Origin: Iphione sp. A-MEVVRFRX5
Taxonomy: Eukaryota
NCBI GenBank assembly: GCA_976226885.1
Contig: OZ320319.1
Span: 18,228,001-18,292,000, forward strand
Length of the DNA stretch: 64,000 nucleotides
Reading direction: 5' to 3'
Positions 49,200 to 61,339 of this stretch are shown in pieces; position 1 is the first letter of the stretch, and every line of letters begins with the position of its first letter. Made by a program: the position numbers and the translations under genes. A model generated the notes under the pieces. It did not search any database, was not told the DNA's origin, and saw nothing but the letters and a program-made list of their open reading frames with translations.

Positions 49200-49386
49200 C
49201 GTGGATGCTGGTGTACACATTGTATATGTATACAATGTAGTTGTTGTTTACAAAACGCTTGCACCGGGCTCCATCCATCGTCCACTCCATGTACTGTCGC
49301 TGATTGTCGCTCGTGTGGTCTGTCTCCTTTAATGCTCGAGATAATATCATCACCTGGTTATCATCATAGTGTACCCAGCAGTGCAT
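49200..49386 (-). other. Candidate minus-strand exon ending at consensus donor CACG|GTGAGT
   Basis: Donor at 49200/49199; frame MHCWVHYDDNQVMILSRALKETDHTSDNQRQYMEWTMDGARCKRFVNNNYIVYIYNVYTSIH is open to it; no recognisable homology; 5' boundary unknown. Confidence 0.3.
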
Positions 49387-49529
49387 CCTTACTGCACGGT
49401 TCCCCCCCCCCCCTCACTATGTTTTTTAACGGCGTATTGCTCGGTGGTAAGTGAGCCGCCAATGAGTGGACCACACGGTCGTCAAGGAGGCCTGGCAACG
49501 ACTCCCACCTTCACATCACTGTACTCCAG

Positions 49530-50110
49530 GAGTACTTACCTGTGGCACCTTCCCGGGACAGGCAGTCCTCTCGCTGTCGTAACTCAGGTATAGCAGGCTA
49601 CTGTATTACTCATTGGAATACTCAGATTTATGACTCACCTGGGAGGGACAATCCTCTCACTATGTGACCCAGGTATAGCAGACTACTGTCTGTTTTAATC
49701 TGTGACATTATCAGCTGTATGACTTACCTGGGATAGACAGTCGTCCATCGTGGGACTCAGGTATAGCAGGCTACTGTCTGTTTTAATCTGTGGAATACTC
49801 AGCTTTAAGACTTACCTGCACGGGAGAGACAGGCCTCCTCCGTCAGGTTCAGGAAGGAGATCATCTACCTGGGAGGGGAAGACCCCTTCACTGTCTAAAG
49901 TGCCTAGGAGACTACTGTCTCTTGTAAGGTGTGCAATACTCAACCTTATCACTGACCTTGGAGAGATGATCTTCCACCTTCTGACTTACATTTTAGACAA
50001 CCATCTCATATAAGATATGGAATACTCAGTCTTGTCACTTGCCTGGGAGACATCATCCACTACTGTGTAAATCACATAGGAGGCTACCATCACGTACATA
50101 CCAGCACCAG
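49530..50110. repeat. ~88-bp degenerate tandem array whose units begin ACTTACCTGGGAG and contain CAGGTATAGCAGGCTACTGT and GGAATACTCAG
   Basis: Unit heads at 49534, 49633, 49722, 49810, 49863, 49951 and 50037; CAGGTATAGCAG at 49585, 49670 and 49758. Confidence 0.85.
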
Positions 50111-50433
50111 ATCCACATAGGAACTACAACTCATCTCTTAGATACTAATTAATATAGACTTTACTCCAAGGCAAGGCTGACACCATTCCATGTCACTTGG
50201 GAGGCAACTGATGTACTTCACTTGACCTAGGACACTTACATGCGCCCTCCCCCCTTCCCCTTTCTTGTTTACCCCCACAGAGTAGCATTCCCCTGTGTTA
50301 CCTTCCCCCCACGTCTCTATTGTGTTATGCTCGTCAAGGAAATGTCAAATACCTACTCCCATGGTAACCATGAGAGCATCATCATCCACGCAGTCTTTAT
50401 CAGGGGGATAAACCTCACTCTCATGCTACTCAC

Positions 50434-50664
50434 CTAGAAGATGAGCGTACACGGACACCGTCTTTCTTACTGGTTCATACGAATGCACGATCAGCTTCTT
50501 GTCAGTAGTGCTTATATATAGACAATCAGGACAGGTGTTTCTTCCTTGTCGTTCACTTGCCGGATACACTAGCACCCCGTAATGTTAGACTTTCGTAAAG
50601 GAATTACACCATTTGTTGACGTGAGGATTGTATATAGCGGGCCAAGTGGCTGCCTTATATAAAA
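50434..50664 (-). promoter_or_regulatory. TATA element plus candidate ~200-nt first exon on minus
   Basis: TATATAAG at 50661-50654 on minus (it also reads TATATAAAA on plus); consensus donor CTAG|GTGAGT at 50434/50433. Confidence 0.4.
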
Positions 50665-51562
50665 CCTGCGACCAGAACTGAACAGGGGATCAAGGCAAAC
50701 TGTGTGGATCTCGTATACCACGTGGCTCTCGAATCAACTCTAAAACAGTCACCTAAGATTTGTACCGAGCTTCCCTTTGCAGGGACACCCAGTTCAGGAG
50801 TACTGTGATTCACGCCCCTCTCGACCCCAAGCCTATCACACCCTTCATAGATGGACCTCATACCTCGCCTGCCCCAAGCGGTATGACTCTGATACACGCT
50901 AACATACACAGACCCGTGCACTAGGTCTCGGCGTGTAGACTCGAGACCGATTGAAGAGAACGTTTAATGATTTGAATGAGTGGCTACTGGTTTCCACACC
51001 AAACCGACTTGTTTACCACCAAACTGGACTCGGTTGACTCAGATACGAGTTTGGCCATGCAAAACTCCGGCATACTCACTCCGCAGGCCCAAGGTAAGGG
51101 GGGCTGAATACGACGGGCCCCAGTCTCTCTCTCTCTCTCTATACCTCGCTCTGCTTTTTGATCCCTGGTGTAGAACGTATGTTTGTTCAGGATAGAATCC
51201 GCTCCCTTAACCCTCTCCTGCTGCAGGTAACAATTTCTGAGCAGACCATAAATAGCTTGATGAATTGTCACATTGAAGCCATTATAACAGCCACTTCTGC
51301 AACGTGTCTTGATGGATATATCTGTATATAATATGTAAGAGTTGAGAGAAGAATATCAACTGCCATAGGAGTGTTTTTAGTGCTTTTAGTGGCTTTTAGG
51401 AGGCAGACTTTCTGTCTCTGTGATTTATCAGTGTCAGGGAGCACTGACTACCGACAAAATAGCAGTCGCCAAATGCTGAAAGGCCTTTGTCTACGAAGGA
51501 ATATGTACACTTAGTTGGACAAGAAACGTTCATATGTATGGATATTTAATATATTCATGCTC

Positions 51563-51624
<62 letters not shown>
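51563..51624. repeat. (TG)n(AG)n microsatellite
   Basis: Direct reading. Confidence 0.98.
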
Positions 51625-51625
<1 letters not shown>

Positions 51626-53139
51626 CCAAACAGACATACAGAAAGACAGACAGATTAAGAAAGAAAGACAGACAGACAGCACAGAGAGGCAAGGGTTGAA
51701 AGAAATATGAAGGTAGATTTTAAGCTAAGAAAGAAGAAATCGAAAGGAGGAGAGAGTGAGGCCAAGAGGGACCCGTATACAGTCCCAGAGAAACAAAGAG
51801 CCACCTTCTCAGCACACAGATACATCTATCAGAAAGAAGTAGCCAGGCAATTAATTGAAAAGGAGAAGTTTTTCTTTGTGTGTGTGTCAGAGAATTTTTT
51901 TGGTACTCAAGATACTTGGTCTCTTTTAAGCGCTTTTCTCAGAGGTTTCTTTACAAAACAAAACATTTCTGTCACAAACACTAGCTGTAGGTGACAAATC
52001 CATTCACATGTATTCCTGGCTATCTCAGATTACACAGGAAACGAAGAGGGACGCTTTCAGGGTCCTTAGCAGCTGTGTAAGTTTGACTAAGACCTCGTGA
52101 TAACAACTGACAGTTGGGAGGCTGGAGTAAAAGCGACGGCGAGCGGTGTGTGTTTGAAAAAAACATCCTTGTCGAAGGCAAGAGTGCCCTAAGTATACAC
52201 AAAACAGGTCAAAGCCCTTCGCCTAAAATACAGAACGGAGGGAGAAGTTACAGCGTGTGAGTTCGATGTCGTCTTATCAGCACGCTGGCCAGAAGTGTAA
52301 ACGGGAAGCGGAAAATCAGAGCGGGGTTACGGGATATCCTGAAATCGACTAGTTTACACAAGCTAAAAGAAAGGCGAGAAATGTGGACCTCAGGGCGCTC
52401 AACTCCCTTGCGTGTTATTTGCAACCGGTGTCCTCGTGGTCCTCTGCTCTTATCTGAGCTCGAGGAAAATTTTTGATATTTAAACATCCTTTTGCGTGCA
52501 GATTTGAACGGAGCAACACCTCACTGAATGGGGGCATTTTTGTCTGGGTTATTTAATAGTTCCCTTGGGTGGTAATTAATACTCTGTTCGAATCCCCGGA
52601 AGTTGCGGGCTGCGTCCATATAATTAGCATAAATTAGCGGTTCTAGGTGGGGCAGATGGGGACTGCAGAATGATAAATGTCCCTGGAAATAATTAAATTG
52701 GACACTCTGGAAAAACGAGTCCAGGCAAATATTTGTGCTATGTTTAAGTCCGACTCCCATCAGTTATAATCATCTGAAATAATTATAGATGGTCCTTTGT
52801 TTTCATAACAAAGTGACATTGACTTGAATGGGAGATCGTTTAGTTGTTAATGAGGACCACTGGAGTTTCATTAATGTATATTTCAGCACTAATCAACAGC
52901 AACCACAAAGGAATCTATTCTTCATAATTATCGAAGATGATTCTATTTTGTTGACTCTTATTCGGCACTATGATGAATTCTATTGAAACCACAACTGTCT
53001 GGTCTTATGCAAATGACTAGCTACTTCAAATTGACGGTTGTCTGGGGGATCGTTCGGTCCATGAGATGCAGAACGTAGGATGAGACTTTTGCTGAAAAGG
53101 ACACCGGATGTATGGCGCTTTTCACATGCAGCCTGATGA

Positions 53140-53390
53140 AAAATCTGCACCCGTGTGCAGATGCGGAGGCCCCTCCTGATGTTTCATAATTTTAATTGCC
53201 ATCATATGGTCTGCACTAGTCCCTTCAACATTGCGTTCTATGGAAATCCATGTCTGGGTGTGGACAAAACCCATCCCAGACGGTTTGACATCTGCACCCA
53301 TGTGTGGACACGGAAACATCTGTATGTATGTGAATGCCTCTAGTGGTTAGAGCAGGCTGGATAAAAATCTGCACCCGTGTGCAGACGTGG
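53140..53390. repeat. Degenerate ~75-bp period repeat with ATCTGCACCC(G/A)TGTG core
   Basis: Cores at 53143, (53209), 53290 and 53367. Confidence 0.65.
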
Positions 53391-54497
53391 AACAGAAAAA
53401 TCCAGTTATATGTGAACAGCGCCCACGGGGTGAAAACTGTTCACTTGCTAACATTTCTATCCTTCTTGGTACATGTACTAAGAGCAACAGTTACTTATCA
53501 TTTTATTCCGTGCACATTCCTTAAAGAAAAGATCTTAGTTATTCTTCCTAAAACGTAGTTTCTGAATGACATGTATTAGACCACATTTGCCATGATAGAC
53601 GGCCACATGTGAAACTTCTTTTAACTAGGAAGTTGGTACATTACAGTATCGTGAATAGGAACCATCTGCCAACCGCCTCGAAAGGGTGCTTCATGTTTTT
53701 TTATTTTGTATATGTTAGTCACCAAGTCCAAATCTGAGCGATTGGTGAGTCGCACTGCAACATTGTGGAATTGATCATTGGATGCACGACTCACTAATGT
53801 TTGACCCAAGTATGAGTTTTAAAATATCTCGGATGAACCAGCACAATCCATGAAAAAGACTGATTTGGGCCTAACACACACACACACACAAATATATATA
53901 AAGGACCTCTTGCACTGTACGTCTAGCTCTGAGAGAGATTGTGGATGAGACGACCACGTAATAACTCCGCACAGCTGCGATAGTCCCGAAGCCCAAGTCC
54001 CAAGGTTTCCTGCAGGGTCAGACACTAATGGATTCTACGTGCTGATGTCTTATCGGCCTTAATGTCGCCAAGAGGTACATTATACAGACGCCATCTTGAA
54101 TAAATTGGCGAACTGCCCACGTAGGATTAATGCTGTAACATGTATACAAAGGGGACTATGAAAACATTTGGGTTAGTCCTCTGTTATCCTGTTACGAGAT
54201 CATGTACTTAAAGAGGGACCTGTTCGCCTTCCTTCAAGTGAGACTCGCTCATTGACTCTTTTCCCGATAGAAGTCCCCTCAGATTCACTGACCATCCTTT
54301 TATCTGTCTCTTTGTAATGTTTTTATGATTCCTCAGCGTATTTCCAATATCGTTTTTTGCAACTCTTTTGTCACCTCTCAAAGCCATGGGCTTTTTTAAA
54401 ATTGCGATTCCCTAGGGTTTTTTCTTTGTGATTCCTTTAGCTCATTTCTAGCATTGTCGATCGTTTTGGGATCGGATGAGCTGGGTTTCTTATTCAC

Positions 54498-55075
54498 CGA
54501 CGGACAGACGAAGGAAAGCGGATGATTTCCCGCCACTGGAGTCTTCGACGCAACAGATGTAACGTTTCGCCGTAGGGAGGAGCAATATTGTACTATTGTA
54601 GTTGATCGCCGACGGTGCTGACCTCAGGCGGACCGGAGCAATACTGCCGGACTCGGCCGGCCGGCCGGCGGCGGGTTCGGAGGGAGAGTTATGAGTCGTA
54701 GGAGCGAGGCGAGCAGTATTGAGCGACTCCGGACGGTAGTCGTCCTCGAAACGACCTCCCCCCCCCCCCCCCCGCCAACCTCCCACTCCCACCCACCCAC
54801 CCACCCACCCTAACCTCAACCGCCACCAAAATGAGCACATATCTATGTACTCCGGGCTTAGGCCGCATTCAAACTAAACCATCAGTTTTGTGCATCAGGA
54901 AGTCGATGGGAGTGATTCAATAAAGTCCGCGCGCGGCTTTATAGCCCAGGAGGAGCAGCTGGCAGCCGGCGGGCCGAGCGGCGGGCAGGCTGGGCGGGCA
55001 GGCTGGGCGGGCCGCCATTGCATCGCCTCTATGAATTATTCACATCTATTCACTGCCATTTGTCACTCTCACTGA
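54498..55075 (-). promoter_or_regulatory. CpG-island TATA promoter plus candidate GC-rich first exon on minus
   Basis: TATAAAG at 54943-54937; upstream GGGCGG GC boxes and a POU-like ATGAATTATTCA; candidate donor TCG|GTGAAT at 54498/54497. Confidence 0.45.
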
Positions 55076-56346
55076 CCCCTTGGTGTCCCTCCCCACCACC
55101 ACCACCACCGCCACGTCCTAACCCCCCACCCCTCCCCTCCTCGCCCTCAGCAACTGCCCTTCTCCGTGGAGGGCGTGGATTTGAGTAGATATCAACTGGA
55201 TCCCTACCACAGGCCAGAACCACCGAAGCGGGGTGGGCTCAGCTCGCCCCATGCCCTTCAACGTCTCACCCACAAAAAGTTAATTTATATTATGGAAGTC
55301 GCCCTTTTCACACGGCTCATAGATCTCAGAGATGTGGATAAAATTTATGTTCATGTCTATCCATAGGATAGATTATAGCCATGCATGGTTTCGCCAGATC
55401 CCTATTTGATCAAAAACGAGTGGCTTCAAAGTACGGTGCATATTTTGAAATATTATTTGCAAATTGTGTGAGTTATGTCCAAGATGTCAGCGCAGTTATA
55501 AAGTTTGTTATGGTTCATAATCCAGTCCAGCGAACCTCGGAACTCTGGAGATGAAACTTTCCAGCTGTGATTCGCGCAGCCATACAGCTAGACACGTGTT
55601 CTCACCTCGCCGTCTGGGCGATAATGCATCACATGAGGAGGACATGTTCAGCCCGGACTGGGAGACTGGCTGGAATCGTCAATACGGAGTGTTGGCTGCA
55701 GATGTGGGTCCCGTGTTTTCACTCTTCTTCACGGGAGGAGGAGTAATGCATAGGTTTAGGAACTGCTGGCAGCTCCACCCATGTCAAATGTGCCCCCACC
55801 CCCACCCCCACCCCCTCCTGGCGGCTAACACCATCTCCCTGGACGAACCGAATGTCCAGGCGAGACTCGAGTGAGTCATTTCGTCCTGCCAACGCCCCGA
55901 GCGCATATTACGACCCATCAGTCATGGCCGGTGGGGGTAGTGGTGGTGGTTGTAGAGTTACGAGGCGGAGGGGCTGAGGGGTGGGGTGGGGGGGCAGGGA
56001 GGGGAATGGGGTTGGGGAGTCAACCCCCTCGGTGATAACGGGATACCAAAGTATTCAAAAGAGGCCGATAATAAATGATCAACAATTCAACGAGGCAAAT
56101 AATGAGCCGGGAACGTTACACGGGATCAGATAACAAATCACTAAGAATCCAGCCTGGCAATTGCCAGGCACTGATAATCGCTGCATCTTGCAGTCTTTTT
56201 TGCTCCTGTGTGGTTGACAAGGGGGGCTTTAGGGCACGATCCATGATATCATCCATAGGTGCCTGATCTTATGAAAATTCAAATCGTTTCCTCATCTAGG
56301 AGCATGATCCTCATATCCACGAAGCTCAGAGATCCACACGTACATT

Positions 56347-56560
56347 TTTCATTTCATTGTATCTTTAACCAGGAACTAGATATTCTCCTTCACATGACAG
56401 AGCTCTTCCATATCCTCCTGGGGTAGCATACTACCATATATTGTTGAGAATTGAGAGACCAGAATACCCAGGGTTGCCCCCTACTCTTATTTCAAATAGG
56501 TTTCTGGGGTCTTTTTATGCATAGGGGATAGAATCCTATACACCCACGGCCTTTTTATGA
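56347..56560 (-). mobile_element. 5'-truncated copy of the same tRNA-derived SINE as 33632-33976
   Basis: Its reverse complement aligns with ~33770-33976, including the AATGAAATGAAA tail; no A/B box head seen. Confidence 0.9.
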
Positions 56561-59500
56561 GTTACTTACCCAAACAATCATATTTTTATCGGTGCCTAGG
56601 TATATGTATCCAGTATAGATCTTGTGAATGCCAGCACATTACTTCATCTATGGAGGCACTTCAAGTATCCCCCTCCGAAGGGCATGATCCTCTAAAAAAT
56701 ATTAAAACCTCATCAGGTATGCAGTCGACAGGCTATAAGGGTAGGTGTCCCCTGATACCTAATCATACTCACTATATTTTAATATTACGGGGCATCAGGA
56801 AATGGTCATTGGTCGGTGAATACTGGGTTCCAACGTGATAGGACACATCAACCATACTGCCCAATGTAGCTTTTCCTGAGCCACATTGTTAAAACAACAG
56901 AGAACGAAGCATTGGATGGCAGTCCCTGAACGACTTCAATCTGGCACATATGTTATATCTAGGAAGGTAGCTGCCCAGCTAGAAACAATGCAACATCATT
57001 AAAGCTACGGGGGGAAATGAAATGAGCGAAAGACCGTTGGTGTTTGAATATATGTAGAATTCTGGTCGACAGGCTATCGTGGCCACTTGTGTTTTAAGAA
57101 GGTTTCACTATAGACCTGGTATAACTGTATCCTGCTGCGGAACCAATCAGACCTCTGTGCAGAGAGGATCCTGCCTGTTAAGGTTTTGTTGACATTGGCA
57201 CGCCCAGTGTGGGTTCCCAGGGAAATACTCCAGCAGGTTTTAATGTCACACAATCACCAAGGATGACACTGATCAACGTCTGAAAAAACAGCGAAATATG
57301 GGGGGATGGTTCACTCAGTACACATGCTACGTCATTCACTAATTCAGGGTATAAATCATGCGTAATGCTGATGTGGCCAAGGACTTGTGTCAACCTCCGT
57401 GACCAAGCCTTCCATAAAGTTACCCGCCCTAGTATTTACCTATGAATTTATGTACCTCTTTCTACAGTCAACTCTCATATTGCGGTCTCATATGTAATAA
57501 CGTCTCATAAATAACAATATAAATGTTTATGTATATATGTATGTAGAATGTATGTTTGACCATCTTCCTTCCTTTGCCTTTGCCAAGGTAATTTAGGAGT
57601 GTTTTTGTCTGCCCCTCAGAGGAGATGGTATATTTCTGTCCATCTACATCGTGTTGCATTGCCACTTGTAGGGCACACTGCTGATAGCAAGTGAAACTAG
57701 GCTGTGAAAGGTCTGTATTGACAGGGTACCTACCTGCCAGCCACAGTGCTGCTGCCAAACACCTAACGAACGAATCACGAAATAACCTTGATTTTTCCAA
57801 TTAATCTGTCTATAATGTACTTCTACTGTGTTTCAGGCATCCTTTCGAAAATTTTATGAACATTTGGGTTATCAGAAATGATCGAGATAGGGGTGGTTTG
57901 TTTTGTTTTTTTTAGCACACTGTTTTCCAAGAAATCAACCTAGTGTATTTTGTGCAGGAGTGCTAATCTGTGTGGAAACAACGGGCCACACGTTTGGGTG
58001 GGACGCAGTGACAGCGTCCTTATCGGGGGTAAGAAATAGGAGTCAGTTGACAGATAGCAAGTTTGCCCCCTCTGTCACGTTAGTAACCAGATAGAAGCCA
58101 CGCTTCTGCAAATGGTCTATTGAACGTAGGCCTATGTTATATTGTCTGAGCAGAAGTAGATGCACCGTGTGTATATATGTTTCCCTCGTATCTCTCTCTA
58201 CCCTCAGGACTGGTTTAGTAACTGCCTTACAGTTCCTTCAGGTTTATTTCTATCCACAAGAAAGAGTCGTTTTTTTTTACATGGACGATCACAAGAAAGA
58301 ACTCCTTTTCATATACAAAATATTACAGGAATTGAGGCGTTCTTTACAGAAAGATTGGTTTTATTATAGACTTTTACAGGAAGGAGCTCTTTTTAAACAC
58401 AGACTATGACTGGGAAGAACTTTTGTAAGATTTTAACTATGCAGCATTGTAAAGGTCAAAGCTATGATTATTCTTCTTTATGTTGATTGGAGAAAGTGCA
58501 ACACCACAGTTGAACCAGTTTCTCCTCTTTAAGAAACTAGAATAAACAAACCTTATGGTCAGTTCAGTAATGTGGTGAACCGTTCTAAGAACCAAAAATT
58601 CAGTTTCCAACCAGTTCAAAATACGAATATAGGATCGGTTCCCGCCAAATTAATTTCTAAAGGGCCTAATATTAATGAATCACAGACCAGGAGAAACAAG
58701 ACTGCATTTATTTCTATCCTAAAGCAGTAGCAAATTCCGTCATAAAACCGGTCTTACGGACAGTTACATTAAAAGTAGGTAATCTGCCATCAAAGCGTGT
58801 GTCTGTCAGACACCAATCCATACAAATCTCAGAAAAACTGAATTATTTCCTGCATAGGCCTTGATAACTTGACGTGTGCACGATTCTAGTCACGAAAGGG
58901 GAGGGTAGCTGCCCATATATGACGTTTTTCTTGCGAATTGAGGTGGAATCTGTTGAAATCGTAAATGTGAACGTGGCTCAAAGGTGGAAGCGTATGGCAG
59001 TGATGGAGCCCCCCCCCCCAAAAAAAATACAAAGACAAAAACAAAACAAAAAACACCACCACCACCACCACCTCTTCGCCAACTGCCGTACTCCCCCCCG
59101 GTCACTTCGTCACGTCACGTGCCATGACGTCATCAACCATGGCATCTGGCCAACCCCCCCATTGAACAACGGCATACGACAATTTGCTCGATTTCACAGA
59201 CAAACCGCAATCTTTTATTGGCCGCAGGCGCTTATCTTTCTCCGTACTATTTTTCTCTCTGTCTGATGGTGTGTGTAGGAAATCTCAGTGTGAAGCAAAG
59301 GGCCTCAGGGATCTTCTCGTCCCCTGCTGATAGAAGTGGTTCCTGTTGTAAAGAGATTAGAAGATTTCTCGGCAGGGATTTCTCGTGAAGACTTCAGATG
59401 TCAACACAAGGACAGTTTAATGTTAGAATTTCATATATTACTTCTGTCGAGCGTACATGGAAACTGGTCTTACTGTGTCTTACCTATTTTATTTATTTTT

Positions 59501-61339
59501 TTCCGAAGTCTATATCCATGCATACGTCTTAATAAAACGAAAAATTTGTAATGTGAAAGTTTTCATAAACCGACGAGGAATCCCTTACCAGGTCAGACCC
59601 GAATAGGCTCCCTATGGCTTTGGTAATATTTTGACCTTTTGGAATACTTTGCTATTTTTCTGTTTTTTATCCCATTTTCTTTCAGTATTCTTATGTCCGT
59701 GTCAGTAATTTATGTAAGGGAGCCAAGTGACTGGCGTTAGTTCTAGTGAGGAAAGCACATCTAAACTAGTTTAATGTTCTCACTACAGCATAAATAAACA
59801 AAAACACCCAACTGAAAAAATCGAGTTACTGACATAAGCTCTGACGAGGAGAGCACATCAGAACAAGTCTAACATTAACAAATTGCAGCCTATAACGTAT
59901 AGCATGCAGGTTTTATGTACTTGTAGGCCCTATGTAAAGTAGATCTTGCAACAGAAAGGTTATCGTAGGGAAAAAATAACACTTGGAGGCGCATCTTGCG
60001 CTCGGGAAGATTGCTAGAAAAAGGGCGATAATAGATGGAGCAAGAGGGAAGCTGTAGAGCAGTTTGCGGGCGATAATAGGACGGATAGAGCTGAGAGCAG
60101 GTGTTCCAGGGTATTCTAAATCTGCACTGTGTGACCTCTCCCAAGAGATCCAATCCATTCCTTCCCTCTCCGCTCGCTCCCCCCCCCCCTCATCCTCTTC
60201 AGGCCAAATTGAAATTATCGATCTCCCGCTGGGGGGAGCTTTCGTCTTTGTTGAGCCTCGAACTCGGGCAGAGCCGATGACAGATTGCTGTCACTCTGAG
60301 GCCTATTATCAAGTGTTTAGGTCTCTTATTATCGCTCACGGGGGCAGCCCTTGTAGGTGGACGATAGCCGTTGCACTGGGTGGTCAGTTGGCCTGTCCTG
60401 GTACCCAGACCCAGTTTGTAGTTAACCGTTGCCCTTGCATAACTTGTAAAACCACCCCCAGCGGCCCAACTCTAATCCTTTGTATGACATGGATCATAGT
60501 GGATCGTATCGGAGTGATATGTGCATATTTTTACCCATGTACTTACATTTCTAGTACCGTAAGATGCACACGTGTTCTCCCCTATACCCGGTACTGAGCA
60601 CTATACTTATACACTTAGTACATTGTACCCATATCTCTCCAACAGGGTCTACGGTCCACTCTCCATGTGCCTTTAGTTACATATATGTATACATGTACAT
60701 GTATATGTGACACATTACAAGTATCAACCATACCATCATATAAAGTAGTTCCATATATGTGCACTTCCAGCAGGGCCTGAAAACACAGTTACCTGAGGAC
60801 ACATAAAGTATACATAATTATCATGTACGGAATTTCGGTTGGGAGTTAATGCTGAACGTACCAATCCTCGCTCAACACGTGCACGCTGTAGAGGCTTAAT
60901 AGAACACGTGGTCTCGTGTTATTATAGTCTTTGATCGAAATATTGCCTCTGAGCCATTGTACGCCGCGGGGGGGGGGGAGGGCAATGCGCCACCCTCACC
61001 ACGCTTGGTGCCTGGCCACAGTAGCGCCTATAGGCACCGTCTCTTGGAAGTGTTCTTGGATGGGGCTCAAAGGTGGAGGTGCCGCCACTGAAGAATTCAT
61101 CCCAGCTAATGTAGCCGCCGGGGACGCGTCCAGCCACGCCCTCTCTCAGACCCCGTGCACGCTTCCTGCATGTCGAAGTTATACACCCGTTTCGTCTTTA
61201 GCCTCCCACATTATATCAGACATTGACGCATACTACCTCTATATGTACACATATGACAGCATGTATATATATAGAGAGAGAGCGAGAGAGGAGAGTTAAT
61301 ATCATTGTCACTGTGTGTATATATAGAGTAGCAACTCAG

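Noticed and set aside
48722-49332. Overlapping 94-178 aa ORFs in the CpG island
   Set aside because: All three plus frames and one minus frame are open because of GC richness; low-complexity Pro/Arg/Gly content with no domain.
54490-54840. 116-aa minus ORF (MCSFWWRLRLG...)
   Set aside because: The frame runs through a long G homopolymer and GGGT repeats; no homology recognised; more likely a 5' leader.
55581-55594. Partial complement of miR-9 (CATACAGCTAGA)
   Set aside because: It covers only the 3' half of the miRNA and has no seed.
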